NCBI GenBank assembly: GCA_004557195.1
Contig: SFER01000001.1
Location: 1-42,025 of the forward strand
From: Bacteroidales bacterium
Lineage (GTDB): Bacteria; Bacteroidota; Bacteroidia; Bacteroidales; Muribaculaceae
Direction: 5' to 3'
DNA length: 42,025 nt
This document shows, piece by piece, positions 36,804-42,025 of the stretch. The notes below the pieces were generated by a model. The model saw only the letters and a program-made list of their open reading frames with translations. It searched no databases and was not told the origin of the DNA. Positions within the stretch are counted from its first letter, which is position 1; each line of letters starts with the position of its first letter. Position numbers and translations under genes: made by a program.

Positions 36804-39194
36804 TTATTTCAAAATCACTTTTTTGCCTCGGCTGTTGTCGAGGGTTACAACGTAGGCACCGGGAGCGACTGCAATCACTGCTTTGTCGCCGGTGATGTGT
36901 TGCGAAGCCACTTCAGCGCCGTCGAGGGTGTAGATAATCACGTCGCAGTCTTGCGCGCCTTCCACCATCACTCCTCCTGCGGTGGGATACACATCCCATG
37001 CGAGGGCGTCGATGCGCGATACCGACGAATAGTCCGAGATTTCGATGTCGTCGATATTCATGCGCTTGCCGGCTGTCTGCTCAAACTTGATGCGAACCGC
37101 ACCGGCGATGTTTGCCGGGATTGTGTAGGCTGTGAGGATAGTCTCGCTCACTTCGATTTCCTTGAGGAGGGTCCATGTCTCGCCATCGTTCACCGAATAT
37201 TTCACCTCGATGGTGGCATTGTCGTCGCTGCCGAAACGTGCCGCGTAGAACGAGATTGTTCCGGCTCCCGAGGTCTTGTTCTCCATCATTTCGATATAGG
37301 AATTTGCGGTCTTGCCAAATCGTGCCGATTGCGAGCCGCGGCTGTTGGGGTCGCCCCACACGCCCACATCGCCGAAGCGCCACAGGCAGGCGTGTCCGTC
37401 GATTGCGGTGCTCCAGTAGCCGCCGGTCTCGATTCCCTCGAAGTCTTCGATGAACGACTTGGGATAGCCCACAGTGGCGACGACATCCACTTCGTCGCCC
37501 TCAAACGATGCTGTGGCGAGCGTGAGCAGTCCGGTGTAGGTTCCTTCGTTCAAAACTGCCTTGCAGCGCACATAGATGTATTCGCCTTCGGGGTCGATGG
37601 TGAGGTGTTGCGACCAATTTTCCTTGTCGCGGCTTATCTCGAAGTTGCCCGAGATTTTGGCGTCGATTTGCTCGGTAACATATTCGGTGTAAACCTGCAC
37701 GCTCATCGGCTCGGAAGCCACGCCTGGAAGAGTGTTTAGCACGATGCCGCTCTCGGGATAGATGAGCGCGAGAATCGGGGTGGGGTCGGCTGTTGTTACC
37801 TTCACCTTGTTGGATTTGAGTGTGCCGTCGGTGAGGCTGAGCATATAATAGTAGTCGGTGCTGTAGTTCAGCCCGGTAACAACGAGTTGTTGCGCCGAAG
37901 CAGCCACTTTCACCGGATAACCGGCAACGGGGGTGGTTGCGTCGCTCTCGAAGAGCGAGAAAAGATAGTCGGCGGTGCCCGAGATGTTGGTCCAGTGGGC
38001 TGTGAAGCCGTCGATGCCGATTCCGGTGGCTTGCTGTGCCGGGATGCCGTCGAGTGCCGATGCTTTGGCGATTATAGAGAAGGCTATGTCGCCACTCTCC
38101 ACCGAAATCGATGTGGAGTAGTCGCCGGCGACATTGGCGGTGAAATAGATGTCGAATTTTGCGCCTTCGGCACTGCACAACTCATCTTTGTCGAGAATGT
38201 TTTTCGACACCGAGAAATATCGCGGGTCATCCACCTCGATGGCGAAATTCTCGGTGAGCGCCGATGCTTTCACCGTTACTGTGGTCTTCACCTGGCGGTT
38301 GAGCGATGTGGTGCCGAGGTTATAGACAGTACCATCGACAGGCGAACTCACATTCGGCTTGGCGGCACCGCCGGGCACCCAGCCCTCGTTGCTGCGGTTG
38401 CCCCAGATGTATTCTGCAAGTTCGGGGTGGTCGATAAACGGGTTGCGGTTTTCCTGATGGTTGCTCACTGCGTCGTTGCGGTTGATTTCTTTTTGGCTCA
38501 CCGGGTCCTCGCGGTGCCACTTCATGAGTAGGTTGATAGCCCAGGTGGTGTAGCAGGGGTAGTTGTTGCCGGCGAGCATCGGGCTGTTCCAGGTTGCGAA
38601 ACGGTCGTTGTAGGCTGCCGCCATATAGAAATAGGTGCGCGCAAAATCGCCTTTATATTGGTCGTCCGGCTCAAACACAGTGCCGCTGTAGCCGGGGAAT
38701 GTACACTTGCCAAGGCGTCCGAGCGGCTTGATGGAGCCGTTGGAGGCGAGGTATGTGCCGTTCTCACATTCGCCATAGGGGTAGTTGCTCCGCTGCCCGT
38801 TCACTTTGCCGTCGGTAGGGTAGATGTGATAGGCGTCGGAATACATCGGAGATGCATCGTCAAACCAACTTTTGGGGAATGAGTGCTCGCGATTGTAGCA
38901 GTCGCCCACCTTGGTGTAGCTGCCACACTGCTTTTTGCCGGGGGTGAATTTCGATGTGGAATACATGTCCCACACATATCCGTCTGCGGTTACATCCGAG
39001 GTCTTGTAAACGGTCCATAGTCCGTTGTAACCCACATTTTCATGGCTTCCCACAATCCGGCACAATGCCTTGAGGAGTTCCGATTTGTTTTTGCCTTCGG
39101 CACTTTTGTAATATCCCGAAGGAGCGGCTGCCCACACTGCCACAGGCAGGGCAAGGGCGCACACAAGGAGTAGAAGATTCTTTAGTTTTGTCAT
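36804..39194 (-). CDS. T9SS-secreted extracellular nuclease (endonuclease I family) with Ig/Fn3-like repeats and a C-terminal sorting domain
   Basis: I chose the ATG at 39194 (MTKLKNLLLLVCALALPVAVWA). Endonuclease-I-like blocks NREHSFPKSWF, YHIYPTDGKVNGQRSNYPYG, KGDFARTYFYMAAAY and NRNPFIDHPELA. The last roughly 75 aa (WDVYPTAGGVMVEG...IIYTLDGAEV...PGAYVVTLDNSRGKKVILK) look like a T9SS type-A C-terminal domain. Confidence 0.8.
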   Translation of the reverse strand: MTKLKNLLLLVCALALPVAVWAAAPSGYYKSAEGKNKSELLKALCRIVGSHENVGYNGLWTVYKTSDVTADGYVWDMYSTSKFTPGKKQCGSYTKVGDCYNREHSFPKSWFDDASPMYSDAYHIYPTDGKVNGQRSNYPYGECENGTYLASNGSIKPLGRLGKCTFPGYSGTVFEPDDQYKGDFARTYFYMAAAYNDRFATWNSPMLAGNNYPCYTTWAINLLMKWHREDPVSQKEINRNDAVSNHQENRNPFIDHPELAEYIWGNRSNEGWVPGGAAKPNVSSPVDGTVYNLGTTSLNRQVKTTVTVKASALTENFAIEVDDPRYFSVSKNILDKDELCSAEGAKFDIYFTANVAGDYSTSISVESGDIAFSIIAKASALDGIPAQQATGIGIDGFTAHWTNISGTADYLFSLFESDATTPVAGYPVKVAASAQQLVVTGLNYSTDYYYMLSLTDGTLKSNKVKVTTADPTPILALIYPESGIVLNTLPGVASEPMSVQVYTEYVTEQIDAKISGNFEISRDKENWSQHLTIDPEGEYIYVRCKAVLNEGTYTGLLTLATASFEGDEVDVVATVGYPKSFIEDFEGIETGGYWSTAIDGHACLWRFGDVGVWGDPNSRGSQSARFGKTANSYIEMMENKTSGAGTISFYAARFGSDDNATIEVKYSVNDGETWTLLKEIEVSETILTAYTIPANIAGAVRIKFEQTAGKRMNIDDIEISDYSSVSRIDALAWDVYPTAGGVMVEGAQDCDVIIYTLDGAEVASQHITGDKAVIAVAPGAYVVTLDNSRGKKVILK

Positions 39195-39211
39195 ATCTCT
39201 AAGATAAGTGT

Positions 39212-40258
39212 TTATTTGCTTTTCTTGTTTTTGCCGGCGAGCATTCCGCAAGCCGCCATGATATCTTCGCCGCGCGAACGGCGGATTGTGCAGAGCACCC
39301 CCATGTCGTTGAGCGCATCGCGAAATGCTGTCATCTTCTCCGGCGGACAGGTGCGGAGCGGAGAGCCGGGAATGGCATGGAAGCGGATGAGGTTGACACG
39401 CGCCGATGTGCCGCGGATGAGTTTCTCGAGCGCCTCGGCATGGCGGATGTCGTCGTTCACGCCGTTCCACATGATATATTCCACCGAGAGGCGACGCTGG
39501 TGGGCGAAATCGTAGTTCCGCAGCAGCGACATCACATCTTTCACACTGAAGGCCTTCTCCACCGGCATCAGCTGCTGTCGCTCGTCGTGGAATGGCGAGT
39601 GAACGCTTATGGCGATGTGCACCGATGTTTCCTCGGCAAGCCGTTTCAATTCGCGCAGGCGTCCTATCGACGACACTGTTACTCGTTTCGGGCTCCACGC
39701 AAATCCCCATGGCGAGGTCATTATCTCAATCACCTTCATCACCTGCTCAAAGTTGTCGAGCGGTTCGCCCATCCCCATAAACACCACATTGGTGAGCGCG
39801 AGCGACTCGGGGATGCTGAGCACCTGGTTGACAATCTGCGCAGCGGTGAGGTTGCCGTGAAAGCCCTGGCGTCCGGTCATGCAAAACGAGCAATTCATCT
39901 TGCACCCTTTCTGCGACGAGATGCACAGTGTGGCCCTGTCCTCCTCGGGAATATAGACACTCTCCACCGCGTTGCCATCGTGGCATGAGAAAAGATACTT
40001 TTTCGTGCCGTCGATGCTCTCGGTGGTAAGCGACGGGAGTTCGCGCCCCACGCAATACCGCTTCGACATTGCCTCGCGTACCCCTTTGGGAATGTCGGTC
40101 ATCTCGTCTATCGAGGTGACGCGCTTGTCGTAGAGCCACTTGGCTATCTGCTTGGCGCGGAACCGCGGCAAGGTGAATTCGGCGGCGAGCACTTCGAGGT
40201 CGGAGAGCGTCATGCCGATGAGCGGCAGTAGTTTATTTGATTCGGTGGTAGTTTCCAT
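39212..40258 (-). CDS. rlmN: 23S rRNA/tRNA A2503 C2-methyltransferase RlmN (radical SAM)
   Basis: I chose the ATG at 40258 (METTTES...). FRAKQIAKWLY, radical-SAM CKMNCSFCMTG, GMGEPLDN, and the C-terminal catalytic Cys region IMAACGML. Confidence 0.9.
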   Translation of the reverse strand: METTTESNKLLPLIGMTLSDLEVLAAEFTLPRFRAKQIAKWLYDKRVTSIDEMTDIPKGVREAMSKRYCVGRELPSLTTESIDGTKKYLFSCHDGNAVESVYIPEEDRATLCISSQKGCKMNCSFCMTGRQGFHGNLTAAQIVNQVLSIPESLALTNVVFMGMGEPLDNFEQVMKVIEIMTSPWGFAWSPKRVTVSSIGRLRELKRLAEETSVHIAISVHSPFHDERQQLMPVEKAFSVKDVMSLLRNYDFAHQRRLSVEYIMWNGVNDDIRHAEALEKLIRGTSARVNLIRFHAIPGSPLRTCPPEKMTAFRDALNDMGVLCTIRRSRGEDIMAACGMLAGKNKKSK

Positions 40259-40277
40259 ATTTTTAAAGTGTGAATTA

Positions 40278-40285
40278 CAAAAGTA
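40278..40285 (-). promoter_or_regulatory. -7 promoter box (TACTTTTG on the minus strand) for rlmN
   Basis: The plus strand reads CAAAAGTA, 20 nt upstream of the ATG at 40258. Confidence 0.45.
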
Positions 40286-40350
40286 CAACAAATAGCACAC
40301 CCCGCAAAGCAACCACCTATATTTAACAGTATTTAAGCGATGCGATGCAT

Positions 40351-40501
40351 GCGCTGCACGCAGCGCAGGTTATAGGGTTATGGGGTTATGAGGTTAGGTG
40401 GTTATGAACAGTTGCACCCGCTCCGGGGTGCTCACCGCCTCGTCCCTCGTTCCTCATTCCTCATTCCTGTCTAACCCCTAACCTGCACTGCCCCGCAGCG
40501 C
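40351..40501. repeat. MITE-like unit bounded by imperfect terminal inverted repeats
   Basis: The left end GCGCTGCACGCAGCGCAGGTTATAGGGTTATGG (40351-) resembles the reverse complement of the right end TAACCCCTAACCTGCACTGCCCCGCAGCGC (-40501). Each end carries a GCGCTGC-n-GCAGCGC palindrome next to degenerate GGGTTA/TAACCC repeats. Confidence 0.6.
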
Positions 40502-40506
40502 TTTCG

Positions 40507-40595
40507 GAGAGGCGAGGTATTATCAATCCCCGGAGGGGATGGCAGCCGTGCGTAGCCCCGTATTTCGCCGACCTGGGCGTCGGCGACATGCGGGG
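40507..40595 (+). repeat. Structured repeat unit U1 (about 89 nt)
   Basis: AGAGGCGAGGTA, hairpin ATCCCC-GGA-GGGGAT, GCAGCCGTGCGTAGCCCCGTATTTCGCC, hairpin CGCCGAC-CTGGGC-GTCGGCG, GACATGCGGGG. It is the reverse complement of U2. Confidence 0.75.
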
Positions 40596-40693
40596 CACCC
40601 ATGATACACAGAACGTTGCACGCAACACCATGGTGGAAGCGACAGCCTCGCACCACCTCCGGGGTGCGATTTGGGGGGACACCACCACGCCCT

Positions 40694-40782
40694 CCCCGCA
40701 TGTCGCCACGACCCCGCGTGGCGAAATACGGGGCTACGCACGGCTGCAACCCCTCGCGGGGTAGCGAATTACCTCGCCTCTT
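40694..40782 (-). repeat. Structured repeat unit U2 (inverted copy of U1)
   Basis: It shares perfect 14-nt and 28-nt blocks with the reverse complement of U1. Hairpin 2 is CGCCACG-ACCCCG-CGTGGCG, so 3 of its 7 base pairs are changed in a compensatory way relative to U1. A partial third copy lies at about 40795-40840; its segment CCCAGGTCGGTGAAATACGGGG has 1 mismatch to the reverse complement of U1. Confidence 0.75.
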
Positions 40783-40892
40783 GCTATCGCCCACCCCGCA
40801 CAGCGCCTGCCACCCAGGTCGGTGAAATACGGGGTATGGGAAATGTCCGCCTTTTGTCATCGTTCCGACGTCAACGGCGTGTGCGTGCAGAA

Positions 40893-40974
40893 GCACTCGC
40901 TCTGGGGTGCTCACCGCCCCACCACCGCTCCACCTCGTCCCTCTTAACCCATAACCTGCGCTGCAACGCAGCGC
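40893..40974 (+). repeat. Direct-repeat copy of the 40414-40501 segment
   Basis: GCACTCGCTCTGGGGTGCTCACCGCC...CCTCGTCCCTCTTAACCCATAACCTGCGCTGCAACGCAGCGC parallels GCACCCGCTCCGGGGTGCTCACCGCCTCGTCCCTCG...CTAACCCCTAACCTGCACTGCCCCGCAGCGC. Both keep the GCAC(C/T)C...GGGTGC hairpin. Confidence 0.7.
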
Positions 40975-40983
40975 CATGGGCAC

Positions 40984-41020
40984 AAAAAAAGTGTGCCATC
41001 CTCGCGGGTGGCACACTTTT
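40984..41020 (-). terminator. Bidirectional rho-independent terminator, serving the T9SS cargo gene on the minus strand
   Basis: GTGTGCCA (40991-40998) / TGGCACAC (41009-41016), flanked by AAAAAAA on the left and TTTT on the right. Confidence 0.75.
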
Positions 41021-41033
41021 GTGGGAAACTAAA

Positions 41034-42025
41034 CTATTTTACTAACACTTTTACTACTGTATTGTCAGTTTTTACTACATAGAAGCCGGGGGCTACTGCG
41101 ATAGCGTCGCTGTCGGCAATGTTGCGTGTGGCAACGAGTGCACCGCCTGCTGTATATACGTTCACTGTGGCTGGTGATGCTACGCTCACTGCGATTTCGC
41201 CGTTCATGCCACGAACGATGGTGCTGCCGATTTCGGCTTCTTCAACTCCTGTTGAAACATCCTCCGAACTTGTTGCGTTGAATGTCAATGCTTTGTCGCC
41301 ATTAACCACGATACCGGTGAATTTGTACCATGCACCAGCAACGACAGCGCTCTTGGCAGAGAGTTTGGCAATATTTACTGTCATCTCCACTGCGTCTGGT
41401 TCCTCTTTCGAAGCCGCGAGGGTAACCTCATTGCCCGAAACGGCTTTCACGTAGCCTGTGAGGTGGCAGTATTCGCCTGCTTGCGGAGCCACGAGCCAGA
41501 TGTTGTTGACATGGGCATTGTCGGCGTAGATGTTGAAGTTGGCAACGCGGTAGTTGTTGAGTTCGCGTGTGCTTGCAGCCTTTGCGTTTGCTGTTGTAAT
41601 GTTAATAACAGGGAATGTTGTGGTGTTGTCACCCTTTGTGAAGGCTGTGCCAGCTTCGATTTCCTTGTTTACATCTTCGGCTGTGAGACCTGGGATGGCA
41701 ACCCAGTCTTCTTGAACTAAAGTGATGTCTTTGCGGTCGCCTTTGGGGTTGTTGTCGCTGAAGTATTCACCTGCCTTGTCGCTATTGTAGAGGTTCTTGT
41801 TTGAACCCATGTTGCCTATTGTAGAGGCATAAACGTAAGTGCCGTCGAAATAGTGGGTGTGGAGAGTGTTGAGAGTAGTGTTCTTGCTGCCCATGATGCT
41901 CGACCAGTGTGCATAGAGAGTGCCGTTGGTGGTTGCGCCCACTGTGGTTACGGCATTGCCTGTAAACCAGCGGTTGTCATACCAGCCCTGGAATGTGCAC
42001 CCCACTTTTTCTGCTGCATAGAGTG
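41034..42025 (-). CDS. T9SS cargo protein with a Listeria-Bacteroides-repeat-like segment and a C-terminal sorting domain; the 5' end lies outside the window
   Basis: The frame stays open to base 42025 (..LYAAEKVGCTFQGWYDN...TLYAHW resembles the GYxFxGWY repeat). The track start at 42005 is an internal GTG. The C-terminal NVYTAGGALVATRNIADSDAIAVAPGFYVVKTDNTVVKVLVK looks like a T9SS C-terminal domain and resembles the tail of ORF 36804..39194. Confidence 0.7.
   Translation of the reverse strand, partial: LYAAEKVGCTFQGWYDNRWFTGNAVTTVGATTNGTLYAHWSSIMGSKNTTLNTLHTHYFDGTYVYASTIGNMGSNKNLYNSDKAGEYFSDNNPKGDRKDITLVQEDWVAIPGLTAEDVNKEIEAGTAFTKGDNTTTFPVINITTANAKAASTRELNNYRVANFNIYADNAHVNNIWLVAPQAGEYCHLTGYVKAVSGNEVTLAASKEEPDAVEMTVNIAKLSAKSAVVAGAWYKFTGIVVNGDKALTFNATSSEDVSTGVEEAEIGSTIVRGMNGEIAVSVASPATVNVYTAGGALVATRNIADSDAIAVAPGFYVVKTDNTVVKVLVK

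Larger units (their letters stand above)
40345..40975. repeat. GC-rich non-coding island made of nested inverted and direct repeats (REP/BIME- or MITE-like structured elements)
   Basis: The sub-elements are listed in the following features. The only ORFs here are Arg/Gly/Pro-rich low-complexity ones, present on both strands. Confidence 0.75.

Noticed and set aside
39195-39710. 172-aa N-terminal extension of the nuclease ORF (track 36804..39710, 968 aa)
   Set aside because: The extension overlaps the 3' half of rlmN in another frame and is Arg/Pro/Gly-rich. A canonical signal peptide (MTKLKNLLLLVCALALPVAVWA) begins at 39194, just after the rlmN stop.
40345-40975. Possible CRISPR array
   Set aside because: The repeats are in mixed orientation, of different families and irregularly spaced. 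There is no constant repeat-spacer periodicity and there are no cas genes.
40471-41016. 181-aa ORF and several 70-125-aa ORFs on both strands inside the repeat island
   Set aside because: They are Arg/Gly/Pro-rich low-complexity translations of GC-rich repeats. The ORFs overlap each other on both strands. The repeats conserve hairpins rather than a reading frame. No promoter box or start context is present.

Overview
This is a chromosomal window of Bacteroidales type. Three things support that: TAnnTTTG -7 promoter boxes sit 20-50 nt upstream of many start codons, several proteins have Cys-lipobox signal peptides, and two proteins end in T9SS C-terminal sorting domains.

The housekeeping backbone is metH, ugd, a Wzc-like tyrosine autokinase, secA, pyrG-yidC, rlmN, mtaB (disrupted), a GT2 glycosyltransferase, a GNAT acetyltransferase, a nitroreductase, two SGNH esterases, and an Lnb-like/AP-superfamily gene pair.

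Accessory or unusual content:
1. 1-7595: a surface-lipoprotein locus made of paralogous DUF4493/BACON/Fn3/PCMD lipoproteins plus two paralogous outer-membrane beta-barrels.
2. 18512-21268: an orphan three-gene capsid-like module (acidic scaffold-like protein, major-capsid-like protein of HK97 type, helical protein). It has host-type promoters and a terminator, and no terminase, portal, protease, tail or integrase anywhere in the window. This is my best candidate for an undescribed system, either a domesticated capsid or an encapsulin-like compartment.
3. 21254-22099: next to that module, a gene that looks like only the N-terminal module of the long Bacteroidota RluA-type proteins. The pseudouridine synthase domain is missing.
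4. 30099-30142: a perfect 22-bp tandem duplication that frameshifts mtaB.
5. About 40345-40975: a GC-rich, non-coding island of nested inverted and direct repeats whose hairpins are preserved by compensatory changes.
6. About 7743-7850: a relic fragment of trpB.
7. 17341-17627: an orphan promoter-terminator unit in an AT-rich spacer.

No rRNA, tRNA or CRISPR array was seen. All family assignments come from motif recognition by eye, not from database searches.
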